IMG/VR virus record: IMGVR_UViG_3300042444_000560
Location: 862 to 64,861 of that record
Reading direction: 5' to 3' (one strand)
DNA: 64,000 nucleotides
Source: a virus
Lineage: Duplodnaviria > Caudoviricetes
The notes beneath the pieces are model-generated. The model had not been told where the DNA came from, ran no database searches, and worked only from the letters and a program-made list of their open reading frames with translations. Positions 47,847-56,999 of the stretch are shown here, one piece after another. Every line of letters starts with the position of its first letter. Position 1 is the stretch's first letter. The position numbers were made by a program, and so were the translations under genes.

Positions 47847-47903
47847 GGCGACTGAATAACAGAGCCACAAGCGACTCCAACCGGGGTTTCTTGTGGCTTT
47901 TTT
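47847..47903 (+). promoter_or_regulatory. Leader motif copy 2 with terminator hairpin
   Basis: GGCGACTGAATAACAGAGCCACAAG...CTTGTGGCTTTTTT. Confidence 0.65.
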
Positions 47904-47920
47904 CGTTTGGGGATTTGACT

Positions 47921-49432
47921 TTGAACTTGCAACCGCAGGCCGGAGAAAACGAGCACGCTTTCATCGTTCGGGCGCACCGAGCGCTGATGAACGAAGTGCC
48001 CGACTTCAATCAGCGGAATCGAGTTGTTTGGGACGCTTGGGACAACACCAAGGGCCCCAGTCGCGGTCGGCAGCTTGCCACCCAAAAGTTTCCTGCCGAG
48101 CGGTTTTCTTTTAGTCCTGCTCACTGCCACTTTGCAGAGCACGACAAAGTGGAGCCGAACGGGCAGGTGAAGCACATCGGGGTGCAAGACCTCGTGACCA
48201 TCCTCAACGAAAACAACAGCCAGATACTCGACCGGGAGAATTTTCAGGCGATTACCCTCGGCCACACTTCCGACAGTCCGTCTGCCAAAGACCCGGACGT
48301 AATTGGATTCGCTGGCCCTTATCGCCTCGGCATGATTGGCCACGAAAAACCAATCTTTGCCATCTTCGGGGACGAGTACCACCGCAAAGACCGATTGGCC
48401 GACGTGCAATCCGCGCCGCGCCGTTCGATTGAACTGAATACGCTCCGCAGCACTGGCCAGCGATGGTTTGACCCGATTGCGGCGCTGGGGGCCAAGGCTC
48501 CCCGGCTGGCGATGCCGGCCAAGTACGACGCGACCGAGGAAGCCGACATTGAGCGTTACTCGGTCGTTGCTCCGGCATATTTTCCGGGCGGGTCCAATAC
48601 CAACGTGGACAAGACCCACTACGACGACGAAACGAATTTTCCAAGCCAAGAGGAAGACATGAACGGCCAAAGCATCAGCGACCAAGACATTGCGGCAATT
48701 GTGGCAGCGATTGAGCAAATGCCTGAAATCCAATTCATTCGCTCCATGCCGCAGTTTGTGACTCAAGGCACTGGCTTGGGAGGTGGTGACCTTGGCGCTG
48801 GCGACCCCGGTGCGATGGGCGGTGCTCCTGGTGCTGCCCCGCAAATGTCACCCGGCGCGATGGGCGGCGCGATGGGCGGCGCTCCGACCGGCGATGACGA
48901 CGGCGACGAACTGACCCCAATCGAGGATGACGAAGACATGAATCAGAACCCGCAGCAATTCTCCGCCCAGCGTTACGTTGACGTGGACCGTTACCAAGCT
49001 CGGATTGACCAGCTTGAAAACGTGCTCCGTCAGCAGATGGGCACCATCAGCCAAATGACCGCCGCAATGGAAGCTGAGCACCGCAACGCTTCCGATGTGA
49101 AGCGGCAAGCTCGCATCGAGACGCTGGCCAGCCGGTACAGCGTGATTGACTCCGAGGAGGAGTTGGAAAAGTGCCTTTACTCGGCCGGCTCGGAAATGAA
49201 CGACGGCGAGTTTGAAAAGCACTGCGACTCGCTCGAAAAGATTGGCGCTCGGGCTGACGCCTTGGCCGGTTCAAGTGTTCCCCGCGGCGAGCTGCCGATG
49301 AACGAACGCGACACCGCTCGGTTTGCTGCCGAGTGCGCGACCGCACAGGAAATCTTCAACGAAAAAATCAACCAAGGCGAGTGGATGGACTGGGACACCG
49401 CGCTCAGCATGGCCCGCCAACGTCGGGTTTAG
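47921..49432 (+). CDS. Prohead protease-scaffold fusion (Mu gpI-like)
   Basis: LGHT, RRSIEL, IAALGAKAP motifs; acidic/Gly linker and coiled-coil C-terminus; upstream of cement and capsid genes. Confidence 0.7.
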   Translation: MNLQPQAGENEHAFIVRAHRALMNEVPDFNQRNRVVWDAWDNTKGPSRGRQLATQKFPAERFSFSPAHCHFAEHDKVEPNGQVKHIGVQDLVTILNENNSQILDRENFQAITLGHTSDSPSAKDPDVIGFAGPYRLGMIGHEKPIFAIFGDEYHRKDRLADVQSAPRRSIELNTLRSTGQRWFDPIAALGAKAPRLAMPAKYDATEEADIERYSVVAPAYFPGGSNTNVDKTHYDDETNFPSQEEDMNGQSISDQDIAAIVAAIEQMPEIQFIRSMPQFVTQGTGLGGGDLGAGDPGAMGGAPGAAPQMSPGAMGGAMGGAPTGDDDGDELTPIEDDEDMNQNPQQFSAQRYVDVDRYQARIDQLENVLRQQMGTISQMTAAMEAEHRNASDVKRQARIETLASRYSVIDSEEELEKCLYSAGSEMNDGEFEKHCDSLEKIGARADALAGSSVPRGELPMNERDTARFAAECATAQEIFNEKINQGEWMDWDTALSMARQRRV

Positions 49433-49494
49433 TTGACCTGGCTTTTCCGCTGCCTCCGTTTTAACCGTACACCCACTAGCGAGAACTTTCAGAG

Positions 49495-49893
49495 ATGAGC
49501 CACTCCATTCCTTCCTATGTCGCCAGTGAAGACATTGGCGTTTCACTGTTCGTCAACATTCTCCTCAACAACGACTACGAAATCGAAGTTTGCGATGCCG
49601 GTGACGTTGCGATTGGGGTGAGCGATTACGCACCGCAAGACCCCGTCCTCCCGGGCGGTTCTATCGGTCCTGCCGCAACCACTGGCAACCCTTGCCGAGT
49701 CTTTGGTCTTGGCGAGACCTGCGAGGTTCTGGCCGGCGCTGCCGTTCAGGCCGGGCAGTATCTCAAGCCTGATGCTGCCGGCAAGGCAGTTGCCTGCTCG
49801 TCCAATGACAAATACTCCGCCATCGCCCGTGCGGGTGCTGGTGCAGCAAACCAGCTGGTCAAGATAGTTCTGGAACACGGCGTCACGCCGTAG
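49495..49893 (+). CDS. Capsid cement/decoration protein (DUF2190-like)
   Basis: AIGV...AGAAVQAGQYLKPDAAGKAV; between scaffold and MCP. Confidence 0.75.
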   Translation: MSHSIPSYVASEDIGVSLFVNILLNNDYEIEVCDAGDVAIGVSDYAPQDPVLPGGSIGPAATTGNPCRVFGLGETCEVLAGAAVQAGQYLKPDAAGKAVACSSNDKYSAIARAGAGAANQLVKIVLEHGVTP

Positions 49894-49955
49894 TTCTTTG
49901 CTCTCGGGGGTTCGGGTTTTTTCGCACAAATATCTGTTTTCGAGGATAAAGAACG

Positions 49956-51014
49956 ATGGCCGTCGGCGCAGCATTTCAACCGGGCAACAGTAACGTCTAC
50001 ATCAAGGACCATGCCGCCACCGGCTACTTGATTACCCAATACTCTCGCAACCCCAAGGATTTCCCCTTGGCTCGGTACGCCCAGTACCGGGAAGTGAAGA
50101 AGGATGCGGGTTACTACCTCCGAATGACCGCCGAGCAGGCTGGCCGTTTGGTCGGTGGCGGATTGGATGAGTTCGTTTGGCCGGACGGTGCAGACCGCCC
50201 CAGCCATAACGACGGGCTGGAATCCGTGGCTTGGGCTGATTACCGGACCACCCGGTACAACTTCAGCTTCCGGCTCGGTCAAAAGGCTGTCGAGCAAGCT
50301 GGCTGGGATATCAAGGCGGTCGAAGCTGCCAATCATGCCCAGCAGGCAATGACCGCTCGGACTCGCCAGCTTCACTTGGCACTGGAAACCAACGCCAACT
50401 ACGACACCGGACACCGCACTGACGTGACGACAATTTCCGGCGTCTCTGGCCGCTGGGACCAGTCCACCACCGCTCGGATGGACATCAAGAAGAGCATCAA
50501 CCACGCCCGCGACTTGATTGCCAAGGATACCCTGGGCGTGGTCAAGACCAAGGGTGATTTGCGGCTGGTGATGAACCCCACCACGGCCCGCAAGATTGGC
50601 GAATGCCAGGAAATGGTTGACGCCATCAAGCACTCGACCGAAGCGCTGAAGCACTACAAGAACGAGCTGCCGGACTACTCGGAATACGGCCTGCCTTCGT
50701 TGTTGTACGGGATTCCGATTGTGGTCGAGGACACCGTGATGGTGACCAGCCGCCGCAATGCGTCCAGCGCCACCCGTTCGTGGGTTTGTGCCGACAACAC
50801 GGTCTACCTCTTGAGCCGCCCGGGCGGATTGATGGCCAAGGCCAACAGCGGTCCTTCCTTCTCCTCGGCGATGGTGTTCCTGTACGAGGACATGACCGTC
50901 GAGACGATGAACGACCCGAAGAATCGCCGGGTTGACGGCAATGTGGTGAGCGACCAGTTCTGCGGAATCATCGCTCCCGCCTCTTGCTTCAAGTTTGAAA
51001 ACGTCGCCGCCTAG
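49956..51014 (+). CDS. Major capsid protein
   Basis: 352 aa; position; LVMNP..A motif; strongly biased codons; terminator follows. Confidence 0.8.
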   Translation: MAVGAAFQPGNSNVYIKDHAATGYLITQYSRNPKDFPLARYAQYREVKKDAGYYLRMTAEQAGRLVGGGLDEFVWPDGADRPSHNDGLESVAWADYRTTRYNFSFRLGQKAVEQAGWDIKAVEAANHAQQAMTARTRQLHLALETNANYDTGHRTDVTTISGVSGRWDQSTTARMDIKKSINHARDLIAKDTLGVVKTKGDLRLVMNPTTARKIGECQEMVDAIKHSTEALKHYKNELPDYSEYGLPSLLYGIPIVVEDTVMVTSRRNASSATRSWVCADNTVYLLSRPGGLMAKANSGPSFSSAMVFLYEDMTVETMNDPKNRRVDGNVVSDQFCGIIAPASCFKFENVAA

Positions 51015-51046
51015 TCTATAGGCAGCTACCTACACCGCAGCAACCG

Positions 51047-51082
51047 GGGCGGGTGGCAATCTTGCTGCCCGCCCTGTTTTTC
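51047..51082 (+). terminator. Intrinsic terminator after the MCP gene
   Basis: GGGCGGGTGGCAA-tc-TTGCTGCCCGCCC followed by TGTTTTT. Confidence 0.75.
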
Positions 51083-51105
51083 ATACATCGCACTGAGGCT
51101 GACAA

Positions 51106-51648
51106 ATGGCATACAGTTACTCGCTGACCTGCCACCCAACGTACAAGACTGGGGCGCATGACATTTACATTGCCAGCCCGTTTAGCGGTGCGCTTCAGCC
51201 GCTAGGTGTGGCGACCGATGGTATCCGGTATCAAAACCACCCGTATTACCTTGACGTTCATGGTGACCGCCACGGCGGCCATCAAGGACCGCCCATCGAA
51301 AAGCAGTACCTCGGTGAAATCGTCATCGTGTCTTTTACGTTGAGCACGTTTACGGCAGCAACGATTGAGCTGGTGCGCAAGCGCGGGATGCTGGCCGCTA
51401 ACGGCACGGTCCCGCAAACGGCCATCGGTGATTTTATGATGACCACGGCCTCCATGCGTTTGCTGCTCAAGACCGAGCTGGAGGCCGATGTCCGAAACTT
51501 TTGGTGCGCTATTCCGATTCAGGCTCACGAAGTCACTGAGGGGACCAAGTTTTCTGAGTGGTCCATGTCTTTTGAGTGCCACCGACCGCCTTGCGGTCAT
51601 CCAAAAGCCTCGATTCTTGAAGATAAATTCTGGGGCGCTTACGCCTAA
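51106..51648 (+). CDS. Putative tail tube protein
   Basis: TGAHDIY...LGVATDG...; position before the frameshifting chaperone. Confidence 0.55.
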   Translation: MAYSYSLTCHPTYKTGAHDIYIASPFSGALQPLGVATDGIRYQNHPYYLDVHGDRHGGHQGPPIEKQYLGEIVIVSFTLSTFTAATIELVRKRGMLAANGTVPQTAIGDFMMTTASMRLLLKTELEADVRNFWCAIPIQAHEVTEGTKFSEWSMSFECHRPPCGHPKASILEDKFWGAYA

Positions 51649-51683
51649 CGCTGGACTGGATTTTTGTTACACGGGGGGAAGTA

Positions 51684-52082
51684 ATGTTTTGGCCATTCAA
51701 AGCAAAGCCGAAAAGGCTAATTTTCAACTATCACGACGGCACCCGCGAACGCAACGACGACCCTCTTGCCATTCGCAGCCGATTGGACAATCACCCGACT
51801 TATCGGTTTGACGTTCATCCCGTGCTGGCGGAAAAGGGAGACGCGGCGGCTTTTGAAATCGTTTTGGCGGCGATTTGCGATGCCTTTAAGGTCGAGCGGT
51901 ACAACCCGGACACGAAATCCGGCATGACCCAGACCGAGCTTGTTCAACTGCTTATCAAGTTCGGTGAGTATCTGGAGTCTGTAAAAAAAAACATCTTTTG
52001 GATGCCGAGTTCTGGGAGTTCTACGGGGGAGGAAGCCCCGAGCGGCTCAAGGAATCCGACTACGAACGGTACGTCGGGCTAG
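51684..52082 (+). CDS. Tail assembly chaperone (gpG-like)
   Basis: Slippery GTA AAA AAA AAC at 51981-51992. Confidence 0.7.
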   Translation: MFWPFKAKPKRLIFNYHDGTRERNDDPLAIRSRLDNHPTYRFDVHPVLAEKGDAAAFEIVLAAICDAFKVERYNPDTKSGMTQTELVQLLIKFGEYLESVKKNIFWMPSSGSSTGEEAPSGSRNPTTNGTSG

Positions 52083-52282
52083 TCCTGAACATGAGCCGCT
52101 GCCAGTACAGGCGGGCTGACGTGTTCAGGGAAGCGGTCGCCGCTGCCGTTATGGAGTGCGTGGGAGGAGAGCCAGCGCCGTTGCCCTTTTTTGAATCAAG
52201 GCATTACTCGCCGGAGGAAGCTGCCTTTATGCACAAAAAGGCAAAGAGTCATTACGAAACCTCGAAATCCAAGGCGATGTAG
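51998..52282 (+). CDS. Tail assembly chaperone frameshift extension (gpGT-like)
   Basis: Open in the -1 frame directly after the A9 run. Confidence 0.65.
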   Translation: MDAEFWEFYGGGSPERLKESDYERYVGLVLNMSRCQYRRADVFREAVAAAVMECVGGEPAPLPFFESRHYSPEEAAFMHKKAKSHYETSKSKAM

Positions 52283-52284
52283 TC

Positions 52285-53271
52285 ATGTTGAACTGGATAA
52301 TCTCTGGAGCTGCCGGATTAGCCCGGGCAGCCACCAGTATTTCAACAAAGACTTTCCGCAGTGGCGGGCGAGCGGCGGTTCAGCTTGGACGCGGGCTGCG
52401 CAGGGGACGGCGATTAAGAAAAGCTCGAAAAACCCGCAGGCTTCGGAGTGCTGCAAGGTCCGCAAGCAGGCAGGGAATGTCCCGGGCGTCTTCGACAATC
52501 GCCGGCAGGAATGTCCGTCAAAACAGTTTTCTGACAACGACGAACAACGCCAGGCGAAATCCTACCGGCCAGAACATCCAAAACGCTGCTCAGCAGGCAA
52601 ATGCCACCTATGCCCGCTCTCAAAATGAACGAGCAGCAGCCAGCGAGCGGGCCGCATCGACCATGTACGCCCTGGCCAATGCGGCGTCTGTGGTGACTGT
52701 TGGCTTTATGAAGATACCGCTGGCGATTGCTGTGCTTGTTCGCGGTATTCACCTTTGGGGCGATGCTTTACTGAACCAGCAACGCGGCACGGCTCAATAC
52801 AGCGCGCAAATGTCGTATTCGGCGGCTACGCTCGATGTTGCCCGAGTGCTACGGGAAATGCGACAGGCCCGTTCTACCGAATCATCTTTCTCCCAACTTG
52901 CCGCGTCCATCAATCGGTTAGAGGAAGCAATGGCTCCGTTCCGGGCGCTCTGGACAAACGGCATGAACATGATGGCTTCAAGAGCAGCAGACATCGGCAG
53001 TGACTTTCTCAAGTTCCTAATAACGCCCGGCAATATTCAAACAGGTATTCCTTCGGTTGATATTTGGTGGAACCAGCTAATGAAAGCCTACCAAAACAAC
53101 CAGCAGCAAAACCAGGCGAACATCATGGGGCCGCTGGTCCAGTTTGGCCAACTCCGGGACCAGCAGCGTGCCCAATACATCGCAAACCAAGGCTCGCCAA
53201 ATATCCCTAAACGGCCAAAGAAACCGATGACAACCAGCGGCGGAGGCGGAGTTACCCAGCATGGCAACTGA
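52285..53271 (+). CDS. Putative short tape-measure protein
   Basis: Follows G/GT; Ala/Gln-rich helical, one hydrophobic segment. Confidence 0.5.
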   Translation: MLNWIISGAAGLARAATSISTKTFRSGGRAAVQLGRGLRRGRRLRKARKTRRLRSAARSASRQGMSRASSTIAGRNVRQNSFLTTTNNARRNPTGQNIQNAAQQANATYARSQNERAAASERAASTMYALANAASVVTVGFMKIPLAIAVLVRGIHLWGDALLNQQRGTAQYSAQMSYSAATLDVARVLREMRQARSTESSFSQLAASINRLEEAMAPFRALWTNGMNMMASRAADIGSDFLKFLITPGNIQTGIPSVDIWWNQLMKAYQNNQQQNQANIMGPLVQFGQLRDQQRAQYIANQGSPNIPKRPKKPMTTSGGGGVTQHGN

Positions 53272-55363
53272 CGTTTACTACAACGGCGTCTGGCTCCGCA
53301 ATTGCCTGACGCGACAATTTGAGCAAACAGTTGAGTACGACGAAAGCGGCACCGACCGATTGTTTACCCGCGTAAACATTGTAGTCGAGGCGATTGTTGC
53401 CGAAAATTTAGACTCGATTTTTCAAACTCCAACTGGCTTTCGGACTGACAACTCAGGCGTCACCTTTCCTGGATTTAATGGCTATAACGATGGATATTGC
53501 ATTGGCACGCACTTTGGCGGTGCTTTGTATGGCCAAAATGAAGCTCCAGACTTTTATCCTCATTGGTTGTTTGGCCCTGGAGTAAACGGTCCGGATAACT
53601 CAGCTCCTGAAAAAATACGCTGGGTGCACGGCTTGCTTTCTGTGCCTCGACAAGAGTTTTTGTATTACAACAATTTGATTTTGATGCTTCGGGCATACAA
53701 CCCGAACACAAACGGCCCAACGGGCTGGGCTGAGAATGAAATCTTGCAAGACCAAGATTTGGATAATGGCCCCAAGCCGAAGTTTGTAAACATTACGCAA
53801 GTCCTCGGCAGCCGGGCCTACAGGATTACCTTTGGAATCGAAATTTGCCGATTGATTTGCAAAATCCCGACTTATCCGACAAACGATGACGCTGGAGAGT
53901 TGCCCGGGCAAGAAGAATGGTGCGGCACGGCAACGCCTGAATGGGCAAACCTTTGGGGTTCAGAGAAAGTCAACGAGAAGATTAACCGAGCTTTGCTTTC
54001 CAATCGATTCTCGATTGACGAGAGCCGGGACGACAACTTTTACGTCACCAGAACCCTGACCGGCAAGGCAAGGGTACGCGACCCTTCAATGTGGCGATTA
54101 GGCATACGCTACCTACTGCTTCCGGGCCTGCCCCGCGGATACCAGCGGGTTCAACAGCAATTCGTCACCGCGCCGAATGGGCTTGATATCACTTACCGCG
54201 TCGTAGACCGGCAGCGATACGCAGCCGCGCCGTTTCCAGCGGTTTCGTTCAGTGGGCAGCACATGGAGAAGACGGGAATCGACGGTTCTCACTCCCACGG
54301 TGTTGTCCAGCTTGTTATGAACGGCGGCCCAACCAGCAGCAAAAAGGGACTACTTGCGGCCGCCATTTCGATAGTCGAGGCGAGGATTGGCCAGCCAAGC
54401 AAAAAGCAGCCGGGCCAGACCACCGAGCACTGCATCGTGCGTGATGTTTCGGTGACGGACATTCTCAATGAAAACTCTATTTCTTTGTCAGTTCAATTTG
54501 AAAGACACGCCGAGGACGAAGGCGAGGATAAGAATCATAAATGGGGAAATGTGTTCTGGAACAAGCTTGGCTTGCTTCCTGATGTAGACACGCTGCTTTA
54601 TCAAAACGGTGGAAATCCAAGAAAGGACGGCGAGCAGTACAACCGGGACCAGTGGCCAATTCCCGTTCCTTGGGATGACGGCGCGCCGTATGGAATTTTC
54701 TCGCAGTACCTTCAGGATGGATGCTGTCCCTGGCATTTTACGCCGCACAGCACGATTCCCGACGACCAGGACATTGACGACACCGCAGACTACACCCCGC
54801 AGAGTCCTGAGCCAGCGACGGTGAGCCGGGCGTATGTCGGTGACACGAAGGACGAGGCGGCACCTCCGTATCGAGGGCCTTACGAACGGCTGGAGGAGGA
54901 GCATATTCAAATGCCCTACACCGTTTATGAAATATCAAGCGATTACGAGACCGACAACGGTTTAGTAGCGCTGCCGGTCGCCTCGGATGAAGAAACGACC
55001 TACCGGCAGAACAATTGCATTATCTCCAGAATCAGAACAGCGGTTTGCCGGAAAACCATCTTTGTTTCAGCCAAGCGAGTTGGGGGAAATCCCAAATTTC
55101 CCAGCATGAAAGACAGCTTTGTCGATGAAAACGGCATTGAGTATTTTCTGCTTGAGCATCACCCTGAATTTAAGGGTGCGCGGAAGATGGCAAACGGCAT
55201 AGATTACGAATACGAGGCGCACGTTCGTCTGGTTTATTTAATGAGTCGCCCGATTAGGCCAAGCGACAAGGTAACTTACGGCGCGCTGCCTTGGGATATA
55301 AATGGCAAGTCATCGCATTACGCTGACTTGTCAGAACAGAATCAAGACGAAAGGCTTTTGTAA
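53261..55363 (+). CDS. Putative tail/baseplate protein
   Basis: 700-aa ORF in the tail operon. Confidence 0.6.
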   Translation: MATDVYYNGVWLRNCLTRQFEQTVEYDESGTDRLFTRVNIVVEAIVAENLDSIFQTPTGFRTDNSGVTFPGFNGYNDGYCIGTHFGGALYGQNEAPDFYPHWLFGPGVNGPDNSAPEKIRWVHGLLSVPRQEFLYYNNLILMLRAYNPNTNGPTGWAENEILQDQDLDNGPKPKFVNITQVLGSRAYRITFGIEICRLICKIPTYPTNDDAGELPGQEEWCGTATPEWANLWGSEKVNEKINRALLSNRFSIDESRDDNFYVTRTLTGKARVRDPSMWRLGIRYLLLPGLPRGYQRVQQQFVTAPNGLDITYRVVDRQRYAAAPFPAVSFSGQHMEKTGIDGSHSHGVVQLVMNGGPTSSKKGLLAAAISIVEARIGQPSKKQPGQTTEHCIVRDVSVTDILNENSISLSVQFERHAEDEGEDKNHKWGNVFWNKLGLLPDVDTLLYQNGGNPRKDGEQYNRDQWPIPVPWDDGAPYGIFSQYLQDGCCPWHFTPHSTIPDDQDIDDTADYTPQSPEPATVSRAYVGDTKDEAAPPYRGPYERLEEEHIQMPYTVYEISSDYETDNGLVALPVASDEETTYRQNNCIISRIRTAVCRKTIFVSAKRVGGNPKFPSMKDSFVDENGIEYFLLEHHPEFKGARKMANGIDYEYEAHVRLVYLMSRPIRPSDKVTYGALPWDINGKSSHYADLSEQNQDERLL

Positions 55364-55364
55364 C

Positions 55365-56927
55365 ATGACTATCGGCTTTTCCACGCTGTTTCCCAGATTG
55401 GTTGCGGTAATCGATTTGCTTGAAAACGTATCAACGTTTCAGGCGACAACATTGAAAACCGACAGCGATGCCGTGCTGGCTGCATGGTCGCCTGAGCTTT
55501 TGGACACTGATTCATATTCAGTCGCTGCCTCGTTCGTTAATGCAGTGAACGGATACGCTGCAACCGCCTCGGTGGCCAGCTCAGCCAAGTCCTTGGTGCA
55601 AAACGAAATTGTCCGGGCAGTTTTGGCGGACCTGCCAAATTATACGTCAATCTCGGTTTCCGGCGCGCTGCAAGAGCTGAGTCGGCAGATGACCGCAAAT
55701 GCACAAACCATAAAGAGGAGTGCGTGCACGGTTTCAACTTCCAGTCCGGCGCAAAAATCCTGCTTGGCTGTTTCTTCTGTTCTGGCCAATGGGCAGGCAA
55801 CTGAACTGGCTTTTGCGGAGACTTTCTTGGTGCAATGGTCCGGCTCGTCATTGCAAATCCTTGGAAGCCCGTCCGCTCAATCCTTTTCTGGCGACTGGCC
55901 CTCTGGCTCTGGTGTAAATGTTTTCTTGCGACCGGCACTTGCCGGCGGGCTGCTGCAAAACGGAACGCTGGATACGGTTGACTCGCTTGTTGCCGGCAAG
56001 CCCGCCTCTTGGGTGGTCGGCACGGGAACTCCAGGCACAACCATCTCGCTAACTGATTTTGAGACTCAGACGATTACGATTGCCGGAACCCCCACAGCCG
56101 GAACATACACCTTGACGGTTTCCGATGCGTTATCAAACGCTCAGACCACCGCGGCTCTGCCTTACAACGCCACGGCTGCGCAAGTTCAGGCGGCGATTAG
56201 GGTGTTGTCAGGTTTTAGCCAAGTGACAGTCACCTCGACCGGCACGTCCCCTAACTTCGTCCACTCAATCAAATTTAACGGCTTGCCTGGGAATATACCC
56301 GACATAGTTCCCGCCAGTTCTATTAGCCCTGGAACGATTACGCAAGGAAACGGCGCTTCCGTGGATACGGGCGGGCTGGCAAACACTGCGTTGATTTTTA
56401 CAGGCAACGGCTCGGAATTGACTCGAATCGAGCAGGTCATCTTCCCCTCAGCCGCAACCCAGTATGGTTTTCATATTCGCATGAAAAAGCAGGCTGGCGC
56501 AACGGGGGTGATTCGCTTTCGGCTAATCAACGGCGCTGGTGCGGTAATCAACGACGACGCTGGAACTGCCAATTCATTTTCAGTCAACCTCACAGCAGTG
56601 AGCAGCACCGACTATTTAGCGCACACTGCGTTTTTTCGACTGCCAACTACCCTGCCGTCGGTTGTCAAGCTGGAAGTTGCGTTGACAACCGCAATCAACA
56701 ACACGTTTAAGCTTTACTTGGATGAAATGACCCTTGCGTCGGTGACGCCTCTTGCCAGCACCGGGCTCTCGGCTGTGTTGTTTTCCGGTCCACAGGCATC
56801 GGCGGTGACTGACGCATACACCCTCTCGTCCACCAATAATTTTGCAGGGCGAATACAAACGCTTTTTCAGCGTTTTTTCGGGTTTCAGCTACCTAGCGCA
56901 AATTCACCAACCATATCCGACACCTAA
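55365..56927 (+). CDS. Putative tail/virion structural protein
   Basis: QTITIAGTPTAGTYTL...TAALPYNATAAQVQAAI motif; beta-rich. Confidence 0.65.
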   Translation: MTIGFSTLFPRLVAVIDLLENVSTFQATTLKTDSDAVLAAWSPELLDTDSYSVAASFVNAVNGYAATASVASSAKSLVQNEIVRAVLADLPNYTSISVSGALQELSRQMTANAQTIKRSACTVSTSSPAQKSCLAVSSVLANGQATELAFAETFLVQWSGSSLQILGSPSAQSFSGDWPSGSGVNVFLRPALAGGLLQNGTLDTVDSLVAGKPASWVVGTGTPGTTISLTDFETQTITIAGTPTAGTYTLTVSDALSNAQTTAALPYNATAAQVQAAIRVLSGFSQVTVTSTGTSPNFVHSIKFNGLPGNIPDIVPASSISPGTITQGNGASVDTGGLANTALIFTGNGSELTRIEQVIFPSAATQYGFHIRMKKQAGATGVIRFRLINGAGAVINDDAGTANSFSVNLTAVSSTDYLAHTAFFRLPTTLPSVVKLEVALTTAINNTFKLYLDEMTLASVTPLASTGLSAVLFSGPQASAVTDAYTLSSTNNFAGRIQTLFQRFFGFQLPSANSPTISDT

Positions 56928-56941
56928 CCGCGTTGCGCGGG

Positions 56942-56990
56942 CCCGACTCGCAGCGATTACCCCCCAGTCGCTGCGGTCGGGTGGTTTTTA
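56942..56990 (+). terminator. Intrinsic terminator-like hairpin
   Basis: CCCGACTCGCAGCGA...TCGCTGCGGTCGGG followed by TGGTTTTT. Confidence 0.55.
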
Positions 56991-56999
56991 TGAGTAACC

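Noticed and set aside
51983-51991. Sequencing-error frameshift or pseudogene at the A9 run
   Set aside because: Position and frame match the conserved programmed G/GT frameshift.
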